Below, piece after piece: positions 45,753 through 54,840 of a stretch of 64,000 nt of DNA. Position 1 is the first letter of the stretch. Each line of letters starts with the position of its first letter. Under the pieces are notes generated by a model. It worked only from the letters and a program-made list of their open reading frames with translations. It was not told the origin of the DNA and did no database searches. The translations under genes and the position numbers were made by a program. Source of the DNA: an uncultured delta proteobacterium (GTDB lineage Bacteria; Bdellovibrionota; FAC87; UBA2466); assembly GCA_963778115.1 (NCBI GenBank), contig CAVZSV010000007.1, forward strand, positions 293,719-357,718. Direction: 5' to 3'.

Positions 45753-46929
45753 GCCTCTTATTGCTGGCCCCAGAAAGATAGCGATCGTCCACGACTGGTT
45801 GGTAAGCCACCGGGGAGGAGAAAAATGCCTTGAAGCGATAGCGGAGCTTTACCCCCAAGCCACTATTCACACGCTATTCTATACGAAAGGTAAGGTCGGT
45901 CCGATTCTAGAATCGTACCGCATCGAAACGTCATCTTTGAACCGTCTTCCTTGGGTCAAACACTATTACCGCTACCTCTTGCCGCTTTTACCGGCGGTCA
46001 TAGAAAGCTTCGACCTAAGTGAATTTGATCTCGTAATCTCAAGCAGCCATTGTGTCGCCAAAGGGGTGGTCCCCTCCCCCGGTGCGCTACACATTTGTTA
46101 CAGCTATACTCCGATGCGCTACGCGTGGGACCGAGCTCGGGACTATTTTCGAAATCCCATCTCCTTCAACCTTGCCCATCCTTTTCTTCATTACTTAAGA
46201 CAGTGGGATGCGTCCTCTAGTAACCGAGTAGACCACTTTATCGCGGACTCGCAGTGGGCGGCCGATCGCATCGAAAAGTTTTATCGACGAAATGCCATCG
46301 TCATCTATCCCTTTGCCGACACTTCCGGTTTTCATACTTTGGGGCAACCTCGCCGCGATTATTATTTGATCGTCTCTGGCTTTGCCCCCTATAAGCGCAT
46401 CGATCTGGCTATCCAGGCCTGCAAGAAACTGGGACGCCGACTCAAAATCGTAGGAGAAGGACAAGATGGGCGGCGCCTCAAGAAGTTGGGGGATTCCAAC
46501 ATTGAATTTCTGGGCAGAGTCACTTTTCAAAAGTTACGTGACGCTTACTCGGGGGCTCGGGCACTTCTGTTCCCTGGCGAAGAGGATTTTGGAATCGCGC
46601 CGCTAGAAGCGATGGCTTCGGGAAGGCCCGTAATCGCGTTCGCCCGCGGGGGGGCGATGGAAACGGTGGTCGAGAATGAAACCGGACTTTTTTTCAAAGA
46701 ACAGACCGTGGATTCGCTAGTGGATGCGATCTTAAAATTCGAGTCCCAAGCCAGCAGCTTTAGTCCCGAGAAATGCAGAAACCGTTCTTTGTATTTTAAT
46801 AAGGAGCGTTTTCAAACCCAGTTTCAAATGTGTGTGTCTCGTTGGTGGGCGGAGCACCAGAACCGACGGCATGCTTCGCTAAAAATTCCTGGATGGGCGG
46901 AAAGACCCGCTCCGGAGTTAACCCCTTAA
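45742..46929 (+). CDS. GT4 family glycosyltransferase
   Basis: C-terminal EDFGIAPLEAMASGRPVIA (E-x7-E region); about 395 aa. Confidence 0.8.
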   Translation: MHTEPLIAGPRKIAIVHDWLVSHRGGEKCLEAIAELYPQATIHTLFYTKGKVGPILESYRIETSSLNRLPWVKHYYRYLLPLLPAVIESFDLSEFDLVISSSHCVAKGVVPSPGALHICYSYTPMRYAWDRARDYFRNPISFNLAHPFLHYLRQWDASSSNRVDHFIADSQWAADRIEKFYRRNAIVIYPFADTSGFHTLGQPRRDYYLIVSGFAPYKRIDLAIQACKKLGRRLKIVGEGQDGRRLKKLGDSNIEFLGRVTFQKLRDAYSGARALLFPGEEDFGIAPLEAMASGRPVIAFARGGAMETVVENETGLFFKEQTVDSLVDAILKFESQASSFSPEKCRNRSLYFNKERFQTQFQMCVSRWWAEHQNRRHASLKIPGWAERPAPELTP

Positions 46930-48103
46930 GACAAGCCAAGTCATGAGCCCAACACGTCCGCAAGTGGCAAGGGGCACAAGGAACGTCCACGCGAAGGCTC
47001 AGAGATTTCGGCGAACGCGGCGACCACTCTGACGGAGCGGAATAGCCACTATTTAAAGCGATGGTAGGAGTTCCCAAAGCTCCCGCCCAATGCATCGGTC
47101 CACTTAGACTTCCCAGAAAGGCTTTCGCTTGTGAGATCAAAAATCCGGATTGGGTCAACGTAAGTTTCCCCTGGGCTTGAACCAAATAAGGACGTTCTGG
47201 AAGCCTGACATCGGAAGCGGCGCCAATTACCACCCAGGGGATAGGAAACCTTTTGGCCACAAGATCCATCAATCGGGCTAAATAATCCAAAGGGTATTCG
47301 CGAGTGGTTAGAGTGGCGTAGGGATGAATCACCCCAAACTTTTCGGGAACCCCACCGGGAAAAATCAACCGAGGAGCCATGACGTCGTCTTCACTCCAAT
47401 GAAATTCGGGGAAACGAATGTCAGCATCCTCATACCGTCGGCCGGTAAGGCTGGAAACGATCTGCAACATCTGAAGTGCTTGATGAGCTCTAATCTCTCC
47501 CCAATGCTGGACGAAAGGCTGAATTTCGGAGTTAGACTTAAGTCTAGGATCTCGGGCGTGAACGTGCCATTTGGCCGGAGTTTTTAAGAAAGCATGAAAA
47601 TACATGGGGTAGGTTCTAAGAAAAATAGCGATGTCGAACCTATCGGTCTTGCTTTGGGCCATGGCGGACTTAAGATCGACTGAAGGAAATCGACGGAGTC
47701 TCACCTGAGTAGGCAACGGTAGTATTTCGTCGACTATCTGGGATCTGTCGTAAATCGTGCTTGTGATCGCTTTGCACATGACGGAGATGCGCGCCAAAGG
47801 GTAGTGACGGCGAAGTTCGGCAATCGCCGGCAACGCATACACAGCATCACCAATTTCATCCGGTTTGAAGATAAGGATCGACTGAACCGACTTCGGATCG
47901 GGACCCGCGGGAAGGACCTTTTCGCCAGCAACCTCAACCATCCATCGCTCTTGTAATCTCAGGGTTTCGTAGGCGTTCCGGTAGTAGCGGCGCTGGAGCT
48001 GTTTTAACGTTTGAAGCCCCAAATCTAAGGTACGGCTGAAAGCCTTGGCCAATGCACTCATCTTGCGTTCCATAACATAGCCCTCCCTAAAGCGCGTAGA
48101 CAA
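46796..48103 (-). CDS. GT9-like glycosyltransferase (heptosyltransferase family)
   Basis: N-terminal ILIFKPDEIGDAVYALPAIAELRRHYP is the GT9 hallmark. Its 3' end overlaps the convergent GT4 gene by 134 nt. Confidence 0.6.
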   Translation of the reverse strand: MSTRFREGYVMERKMSALAKAFSRTLDLGLQTLKQLQRRYYRNAYETLRLQERWMVEVAGEKVLPAGPDPKSVQSILIFKPDEIGDAVYALPAIAELRRHYPLARISVMCKAITSTIYDRSQIVDEILPLPTQVRLRRFPSVDLKSAMAQSKTDRFDIAIFLRTYPMYFHAFLKTPAKWHVHARDPRLKSNSEIQPFVQHWGEIRAHQALQMLQIVSSLTGRRYEDADIRFPEFHWSEDDVMAPRLIFPGGVPEKFGVIHPYATLTTREYPLDYLARLMDLVAKRFPIPWVVIGAASDVRLPERPYLVQAQGKLTLTQSGFLISQAKAFLGSLSGPMHWAGALGTPTIALNSGYSAPSEWSPRSPKSLSLRVDVPCAPCHLRTCWAHDLACLKGLTPERVFPPIQEFLAKHAVGSGAPPTNETHTFETGFENAPY

Positions 48104-48182
48104 ACGTTATCACTATCGTTTTTTGGAACGGCGCTCTTGGAGTCCCCCGGGGCATGATGAGGCAATTATTTCGGAGGGTTGG

Positions 48183-48704
48183 ATGAAAATTCACTATTAT
48201 CTTTTAGCTTCCTTACTTTTGGCAGTACCCGCTTTTAGCGCCGTGGTTGGAGTCGGCCAGACCGCGCCTTACCAATGCTGGGCAACTGATAACAGTACTC
48301 AGTACTGTCTATCGAAGAACCCGACAGCCATACAGGTCCTTCTCTATAACGCCGGTTGGTGTCCGGATTGTAACCAAGAGTTTACCGACCTCTCCAAGGG
48401 GGTGGGCCAATTCGACGGAAAAGGGGTGATTTTCATCAGTCTGTCGGCGAACGGTTTCGATAACGCCTCTCCCCCAGACGCCACCTTTCTCGCTCAATGG
48501 CGGGCCCGGTTTAATCTGCCTGCTTCGTTTATCGTAGCCGCTTCACCCAATGACGCCGGAATGACCTATTTCAATCCGCCTTACTACATTCCGGCAGTGG
48601 TCATTATCGACCAGAACGGAACTGTGGTTTACGAAGCCGTGGAACCAGGCGCCGACGTCATCTTTGACCAGGTGAATTCGCTTTTGAATCAAAAACACCG
48701 TTAA
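48183..48704 (+). CDS. secreted thioredoxin-fold protein with WCxxC motif (TlpA/redoxin-like)
   Basis: Signal peptide MKIHYYLLASLLLAVPAFSA and the active-site-like AGWCPDC motif. Confidence 0.55.
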   Translation: MKIHYYLLASLLLAVPAFSAVVGVGQTAPYQCWATDNSTQYCLSKNPTAIQVLLYNAGWCPDCNQEFTDLSKGVGQFDGKGVIFISLSANGFDNASPPDATFLAQWRARFNLPASFIVAASPNDAGMTYFNPPYYIPAVVIIDQNGTVVYEAVEPGADVIFDQVNSLLNQKHR

Positions 48705-48746
48705 GGGGACGTGCGACTTTACCCAAAAAAGGGGCTGTGATAGTTC

Positions 48747-49277
48747 TTGCCCATCATGATTCTTTCGGGAAAAGGCATCCAGGAAAACGTCCAGAACGGC
48801 AAATTGGTTATCGAGCCCTTTGAAGCCAAACGGCTAGGGCCCAATAGCTATAACCTTAGACTTCATCCGGAACTGGCGACTTACGACGCCGAAGTCTTGG
48901 ACATGAAGCGTCCGCTTACCGTCCGCAGATTTAATATCCCCGAAGAGGGCTTCGTACTGGAACCCCATCGTCTGTATTTGGGACGTACCATGGAGTACAC
49001 CGAGACGCGCGGCTTCGTCCCCATGCTGGAAGGACGATCGTCGATAGGCCGCTTAGGCTTAAGTGTTCACATTACGGCAGGGTTTGGTGACGTGGGTTTT
49101 CGAGGTTTTTGGACCCTAGAAATCTTCGCTCTGCATCCTATCCGAATCTACTCTGGTGTCGAGATTTGCCAGATTTTCTACCACGAGATCACTTCCCCGT
49201 ACGAAGAGTACAAAAGTCGCAAGTATCAAGACAATCGAGATATGCAGCCTAGTTTGCTGTACCAAGAATTAACGTAA
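48747..49277 (+). CDS. dcd: dCTP deaminase
   Basis: Collinear with Dcd/dUTPase-fold proteins: GPNSYNLRL, SSIGRLGL and GF.G..TLE motifs; 176 aa. Confidence 0.85.
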   Translation: MPIMILSGKGIQENVQNGKLVIEPFEAKRLGPNSYNLRLHPELATYDAEVLDMKRPLTVRRFNIPEEGFVLEPHRLYLGRTMEYTETRGFVPMLEGRSSIGRLGLSVHITAGFGDVGFRGFWTLEIFALHPIRIYSGVEICQIFYHEITSPYEEYKSRKYQDNRDMQPSLLYQELT

Positions 49278-49304
49278 AATAGACCTACGTAATAAAGCAA
49301 AAGC

Positions 49305-49466
49305 GAGGACTAGACTCCGGTTGAGACAGTCTTCGACAGGACTGTCATTGGGAGGAGCAAGAGCGAAGCGACTCGACGACGTGTCCCGCCGTAGCCTTGG
49401 CGAAGGAGGAAGCAATCCCCTTGCATAAGCAGGAGCGACATCCCGGCTTCCCAAGTCTAGTCCTAG
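49305..49466. repeat. dispersed palindromic element, copy B (contains ctgtcattgggaggagcaagagcgaagcgactcgacg and gaagcaatcc)
   Basis: Outer 12-bp inverted repeat gaggactagact / agtctagtccta enclosing the CTGTCATTG core at 49342. It sits between the dcd 3' end and the subtilase 3' end. Confidence 0.5.
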
Positions 49467-49493
49467 CTTTAGCTCTACTTCCGAGATCTAGGT

Positions 49494-50795
49494 CTACTTC
49501 TTCTTCCCGATTCCCATCTTCACTAAATTATACGCATCCAAGATCCCAAACCCATAGCCGGTATCCGCTTTTCTCTCGGCCGAATGGATCAAAAGATTCT
49601 TCACGTCGGTATAATTCAATTTCGGATTGGCCTGTAACAAGAGCGCCACCGATCCCGTCACGTGAGGAGTCGCCATCGAGGTTCCGTCCATCGTCGCATA
49701 TTTGTTGCCGGGATAGGCTGAGGTGATTCCCACGCCCGGTGCCGCCACATCCGGCTTTAGTAGCGTCAGCAGCGATTCGCCTATGAGCCACAAGTTCGGA
49801 CCGCGACTCGAAAACGCCGCGACACTGTCGTCTTGGGCAATGGCTCCCACCGCAAGTGCGTCGGGAAGTCCCCCGGGAAATCCATTGGGAGAAACACCGG
49901 AGTTGCCCGCGGCAAAGATAGGAATTATGCCTCCGTGGATCCACGCCGTAATCGCTTGTTGGTAGGGCAGAAATTGATTGATGTTCGTCGTCTGATCGGG
50001 CAAGTCACCGCCCCAAGAATTGCTGACAATGCGAGGATAGTCGTTGGTCGTCGGATCGCCGTCTGGATCAAACATCCACTGCATGGCGGCTAATAACGAA
50101 GAATCCGTTGCAGCCCCTTCGGCATTGAAGGCTTTAGCAAAAACAAAACTTACTTGAGGCGCAATTCCGACGGTTTTTCCCGCTATCGTTCCGGAAACGT
50201 GAGTACCGTGCCCGGCATCGTCGTAGGGAAGCGGTAAATTATTGACGAAGTCTTTGAACACCACCGGATTCCCCAATTCGGGGTGCATGCTCTGAATTCC
50301 GGTATCGATGACCCCTACCTTAATTCCCGTTCCATCAAGCTGAGGAAATTCGGCCCGTATTTTTTGTAATCCGATTCTCTGTAGACCCCACATCGTAGGG
50401 TCTAAATCCTTCAACGTATTTGCCACCGTCAGATTCGCCGCTGGGCTGATTAACTTGCGAACGGTGTCCGGATAAACTCCCTGTATCCAACCTTGCTGCG
50501 AAAGGGTCTGCGCTTGAGCCGCGGTTAAATCGACCACAGCTCCTCGGATTAACCAAAGATCGGTAATTGAAGCGGCTCTGATCTTTTGGGTTCCCAACCA
50601 CTGGGAAAGTTGAGTCACACTCTTCTGATTAGCACTTTGAAGCAATTGCTGAAGGGCATCGTGCTCAAGAGAGGTGATGGAGAGCTCCGCCTGCTGAAAC
50701 AAGATAATATAGTTACTTGCCCACGCACTTGCACTTACCCAAAACGCCAACACCACTAAGAATAGTCTGCCGTTCATATTAGCCCCCTTGCGCAA
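49494..50795 (-). CDS. S8 family subtilisin-like serine peptidase, secreted
   Basis: Catalytic triad motifs VGVIDTGI (Asp), HGTHVSGTIAG (His) and GTSMATPHVTG (Ser); signal peptide. Confidence 0.85.
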   Translation of the reverse strand: MRKGANMNGRLFLVVLAFWVSASAWASNYIILFQQAELSITSLEHDALQQLLQSANQKSVTQLSQWLGTQKIRAASITDLWLIRGAVVDLTAAQAQTLSQQGWIQGVYPDTVRKLISPAANLTVANTLKDLDPTMWGLQRIGLQKIRAEFPQLDGTGIKVGVIDTGIQSMHPELGNPVVFKDFVNNLPLPYDDAGHGTHVSGTIAGKTVGIAPQVSFVFAKAFNAEGAATDSSLLAAMQWMFDPDGDPTTNDYPRIVSNSWGGDLPDQTTNINQFLPYQQAITAWIHGGIIPIFAAGNSGVSPNGFPGGLPDALAVGAIAQDDSVAAFSSRGPNLWLIGESLLTLLKPDVAAPGVGITSAYPGNKYATMDGTSMATPHVTGSVALLLQANPKLNYTDVKNLLIHSAERKADTGYGFGILDAYNLVKMGIGKKK

Positions 50796-50801
50796 AAGAT
50801 T

Positions 50802-51698
50802 TTAATTTGAAAGATGGTAACGGTTCATCACGGTATCGATCTGCTCTTGAGACGCATTTTGCGTGATCTTAATTCCGGCCGCGGCCGCAGTTTTTAGCGT
50901 TTGAATTCCCATCGTAAATTGAAGTGGTGTCGTTGAACCTTTGACGTTCAGATTGACGACTCCTTTAAATCCTTTTGGGAAATTAGCTTCGATGAACGTC
51001 ACAGCATCAGCTCGAATCGCTGACGTCACGTCCGTTTGGATTCCATTTTGAAGAAAACTCGTTTCAACATTCACAGGTTGTGTTGGCACAAAGGTCTTAT
51101 CCGCCAAACCGATAGAATCAATCTCATAAGCTAAAGTTCCGCGATTGGTAAGTCTCGCGGCTCGCAAAAGATCAAATCGTGCTTTCACCCGCTGCAAAGC
51201 TTGAGAGCCTAAAAGTGGCTTTGCCGGTGGTGGATTCGGAGCAAAAATGGCCTGTTCCGCCGTGTTCTTGTCGTCAATTTCATCCATGGACGTCGAATAA
51301 TCCATGAGAAGTTGTACCGTGGAGTTCGGAGGCAAAATAATCTGATTCTCTTGAGGGATAGAGATCATCTCGGTAACCGCACCGTTGTAGTTCACTTTGT
51401 TGTAATAAAGAGTTCCGTCGGCATTGGTTCTTACATTAGAGGTATATGTCTGAGCCCCCGGATAAAGCTTCGTAAGGATGGCACCAACACCGGTTCCGCC
51501 CGCGTGGTTGTCGTATGTCACTTCATAGACATACAGACCTTCCGCTTCAAGGTCCTCCATGTTGACCTTGCTATAACTGTCGGTCGTCATTCCGGGTTGA
51601 CCAGGATAGGAACGCATTCCGCAGCCGCTGGACAATAAAATAAAACACAAAGCGAAAACTCCGCCCCCTGCCTTAGAAATTTTCATGAAAGCCCCCAT
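50802..51698 (-). CDS. lipoprotein of unknown function
   Basis: MKISKAGGGVFALCFILLSSG|CG signal plus lipobox. Confidence 0.5.
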   Translation of the reverse strand: MGAFMKISKAGGGVFALCFILLSSGCGMRSYPGQPGMTTDSYSKVNMEDLEAEGLYVYEVTYDNHAGGTGVGAILTKLYPGAQTYTSNVRTNADGTLYYNKVNYNGAVTEMISIPQENQIILPPNSTVQLLMDYSTSMDEIDDKNTAEQAIFAPNPPPAKPLLGSQALQRVKARFDLLRAARLTNRGTLAYEIDSIGLADKTFVPTQPVNVETSFLQNGIQTDVTSAIRADAVTFIEANFPKGFKGVVNLNVKGSTTPLQFTMGIQTLKTAAAAGIKITQNASQEQIDTVMNRYHLSN

Positions 51699-51853
51699 CC
51701 ACGAAGACTGATTAAAGGAAGTAATCTATCAATTAAACACTCGCGGGCGAAACAAGACAAGGCGGATGCCGACGAAAGAAAGAGCGGAGCGTTACACAAT
51801 TTAGAAGCGAAATTTCCGATGACGCAACACGAGATATTGCGAAGGTGACAACC

Positions 51854-52684
51854 TTAGAAAGCAAGACTGAGGGCAAGGGTGTGTTCGATGCTTTGTCCGG
51901 GAGCGGTGAGAAATTCCACGGCATAGTGAATGTCTAGCTTAGGAGTCAGAAAGCTAACTCCCGCCGTCCAGTAATTGTTGGTCGTGAGTTCCGCATCAAC
52001 ATGGTAACCGCCTTTGAGGGAAAAATAGTAAGGCGTTACATACTCAGCTCCAAATCCAAATTGATTGGGCTTGAAAGGAGCCCAAAGAGAATAGATCGTA
52101 GCGTTGAAAAATAGAATTTGTTCGTATCCAATTCTAGCGCCCAAAGCCATCTCTCGCTCCTGATTCAAGAGCAAGTTGCCTCCTAAAATATTGTGCAAAG
52201 AATATCCCAGTTGTAACGCGCCCAGATTGGCAATCATTCCGGCATCAAGATCATTAAGATGCTGACTAGTCATATCGGTCCCTTGTCCCCACATCACTTT
52301 TCCTGAAATTCCCAGTCCTAGAATCGAAGACGCTTTCGTATTCAGAGCCAACTTCAAACCTTGCACGGGTAGCGTCTGATCAATGTCTTGCGTCCGAAAA
52401 TAGCCGAAGGCACCTCCGACTTCGGAAGTTCGCGTATCCAAAACAGATGCCGCAAAAGATCGAGGCAATCCATACGTACCCTCCACTTGGTACGCTTGAG
52501 TAAAGGCACTCGCCGCTGGGTTGGAATACAAACTATCATTAAGAAGGACGGCACCCCCTAGAGATCGTCCTTCCGCCCTTTCCTGAATCGGCACGAACTC
52601 GGGATCTGCCTTGGCAAGGAGGCAACCCAGTGCTGCTATCACCGTCAAGACTAAGACTGAGACCTTGAGACTGCGTGTATTCAT
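51854..52684 (-). CDS. outer membrane beta-barrel protein (candidate)
   Basis: Signal peptide, alternating amphipathic beta-strand pattern, and a C-terminal ...LALSLAF aromatic terminus. Confidence 0.5.
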   Translation of the reverse strand: MNTRSLKVSVLVLTVIAALGCLLAKADPEFVPIQERAEGRSLGGAVLLNDSLYSNPAASAFTQAYQVEGTYGLPRSFAASVLDTRTSEVGGAFGYFRTQDIDQTLPVQGLKLALNTKASSILGLGISGKVMWGQGTDMTSQHLNDLDAGMIANLGALQLGYSLHNILGGNLLLNQEREMALGARIGYEQILFFNATIYSLWAPFKPNQFGFGAEYVTPYYFSLKGGYHVDAELTTNNYWTAGVSFLTPKLDIHYAVEFLTAPGQSIEHTLALSLAF

Positions 52685-53036
52685 AGCTCTCCGCGGGGCG
52701 GTTAAAGGTTCGCACTATATAAGAACTCTGTTGGGCGCTTATTTGTGACAAAGTATTGTACTCAAAATTTACAGCCTAGGTATGCAAAAATAAAGGCCTA
52801 GTGCGCACCGTTACCCCTTTGCGAGATAATTGTCAGTCAAACGGACACTTTTCGTATGCGCCCCCGTGATCCTCCTGGGCAAGCTAGAGCCCGGCTTGTT
52901 ACGCCTGGCACGTCACTTGCTCCCTTTCAAGGCATCACGAGGGCAATGATCTGGTTCGGGGCCCTCAGCCTATAGGCTAGGCGAATGTGGATGTGGCTAC
53001 TAACAGTCACAACGTGGAAGTGGGAGCAGTAAGTTA

Positions 53037-54098
53037 ATGAAGTGGAACGGATCAATTTTATCGACGGCGATACTAGCGTCGATCGCCATCCTATCCACAT
53101 GCCTTCCGGCGTTTGGGGAAAATCCTTTTATCGGAGCCTACAACCTTCAAGGTTACACAGGGTATGGCTTCGCCAATGACATGTACAATATCGGAAGTGC
53201 CGCCTACCAACCCAGCTATTGGGGCGGTGGCTGTGGATCTTTCTCGGGCTCTTGCGGATCTCAAGATGTCGTCGATATTAACGTCGTCGATCCTAGCAGT
53301 TATTGCGGCGGTGGAAGTACCGATGTCGACATTACGATTATCGATGATACTCCCAGTTATGGGTATGGCGGTTCTGGAATGGGCGGATATCCTGATATGG
53401 GAATGGGCGGCGGCCCCGGTTACGGAATGGGTGGTTTTCCTGGTGGCGGATATCCAAGTCCCTACATGGGAGGCATGAATCCGTACTCCCCTTACGGTGG
53501 CGGCGGATATTTGGGCTACGGCCCGATGAATCCGAATCCCTATAACCCTTATCTACCGACGGCAAATTATACTGGATACGGAAACCCATGGACCGGCTCC
53601 ATGCCTCCGATTTACACCCCTCCGGTGGTAACGATCCCTCCGGGAACGACTTTACCGCCTAGTTATTATCCGTCGACGACACCACCCACGACTTATACGG
53701 TTCCTTCGAATCCTTATATTGGGCCCTATAATCCAGTAACGACGACACCGGTGACTACCCTGACTCCACCGACCTATACCCCGGTGCCCTATAATCCGAT
53801 TACTTACACACCGCCTGGTACTACTCTGCCCTACGGCGGGTGCGACAATGTGGTGGTCCCTTGTTCGACGTCGCCAATCACTAGCATAACACCTCCGACA
53901 TATACGACGACCCCGATCACCACGACACCTATCACGGTGCCGAGGACTCCAACGATTTCTCCGGTAACGACACCTACTACTCCGACAACACCGACGACAC
54001 CCATTACGACTCCCACACCGGTAACAACGACTTCTCCTCCGACGTATACGACGACCCCAACGAATCCGGTTACGTATACGGTACCGAGAACTCACTAA
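53037..54098 (+). CDS. secreted low-complexity Gly/Tyr/Pro-rich then Thr/Pro-rich protein
   Basis: Signal peptide. G-Y-P-M-rich block (GGYPDMGMGGGPGYGMGGFPGGGYPSPYMGG...NPYNPYLP) followed by TPxT repeats (PTTPTTPTTPITTPTP). The antisense Arg-rich ORF 53652..54185 is an artefact. Confidence 0.55.
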   Translation: MKWNGSILSTAILASIAILSTCLPAFGENPFIGAYNLQGYTGYGFANDMYNIGSAAYQPSYWGGGCGSFSGSCGSQDVVDINVVDPSSYCGGGSTDVDITIIDDTPSYGYGGSGMGGYPDMGMGGGPGYGMGGFPGGGYPSPYMGGMNPYSPYGGGGYLGYGPMNPNPYNPYLPTANYTGYGNPWTGSMPPIYTPPVVTIPPGTTLPPSYYPSTTPPTTYTVPSNPYIGPYNPVTTTPVTTLTPPTYTPVPYNPITYTPPGTTLPYGGCDNVVVPCSTSPITSITPPTYTTTPITTTPITVPRTPTISPVTTPTTPTTPTTPITTPTPVTTTSPPTYTTTPTNPVTYTVPRTH

Positions 54099-54193
54099 AG
54101 CGAGGGAGTTAAAGAGACGGTTGAGAAGAACGAAAACGGAAAAAGACTTGTAAGCGGGAAAGATCGAAAGATCTCTCCCAGGCAACTAGTGTA

Positions 54194-54281
54194 CGTATGG
54201 AAATGGCGACTCAGGACTCGCCTCCTCCCCCTTATGTGGCCCCGAAACACATATCTTGTTCTGGGGAGCCATTTCCATACG
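54194..54281. promoter_or_regulatory. 14-bp perfect inverted repeat cgtatggaaatggc / gccatttccatacg with a 60-nt spacer, about 150 nt upstream of the DksA-family gene
   Basis: Read directly. The spacer contains a further ctcccc...ggggag complementarity. Confidence 0.55.
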
Positions 54282-54437
54282 ATCTAGCCCTACGCGGGAG
54301 CACAGGAAGGCCCGTTTTTAACCCCTTGAAATTTTAATCTTTTACGGCATTTATCATGCAATTCAGTTGACTTTAATTAGGGTTGTAGTAAATCCTTACC
54401 CTTCTAACTTTCAACCGGATTGAGGGTCGGATTGATT

Positions 54438-54818
54438 ATGACAAAAGCTGAAATAGACAAATTTAAGAAAGTGCTCGAACGACAGCTGCACGACCTGCAG
54501 ACCGACTTTGGGAAGGAACTCCAAACCATGGGGTCTCCGGCACTAGCCGACATTAACGATCAGGCAACCCTCGAATCCGAGCGGAGCTTCGAACTGCGTA
54601 TCAAAGATCGCGAACGCAAATTGATCGGAAAGGTGCAAGAAGCACTGAAGAAGATCACGGACGGAACGTACGGCGTTTGTGAGTCTTGCGGAGAATCGAT
54701 AGGCGTTAAACGCTTATTAGCTCGCCCGGTCACTTCGTTTTGCATCAACTGCAAATCGGAAATGGAAGCAGCGGAATCTCGCGAAGAGTCCATGCTCCAG
54801 CCTGAGCAAACCCTATAA
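54438..54818 (+). CDS. DksA/TraR family C4-type zinc-finger transcription factor
   Basis: Coiled-coil N-terminus and a C-terminal CESCGESIG...CINC four-Cys finger. Confidence 0.8.
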   Translation: MTKAEIDKFKKVLERQLHDLQTDFGKELQTMGSPALADINDQATLESERSFELRIKDRERKLIGKVQEALKKITDGTYGVCESCGESIGVKRLLARPVTSFCINCKSEMEAAESREESMLQPEQTL

Positions 54819-54840
54819 CTCTCTGGTTTCTCTCTTACTC

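Noticed and set aside
48747-49277. dCTP deaminase considered as a possible dCTP-depleting antiphage defence gene
   Set aside because: It is a standalone 176-aa Dcd of housekeeping size with no fused kinase or extra domain and no neighbouring defence genes. Treated as ordinary dcd.
53652-54185. 177-aa Arg/Cys-rich ORF antisense to the Thr/Pro-rich gene
   Set aside because: Its composition is a mirror of the sense ACN/CCN repeats. The sense gene has a signal peptide and an RBS; the antisense ORF has neither.
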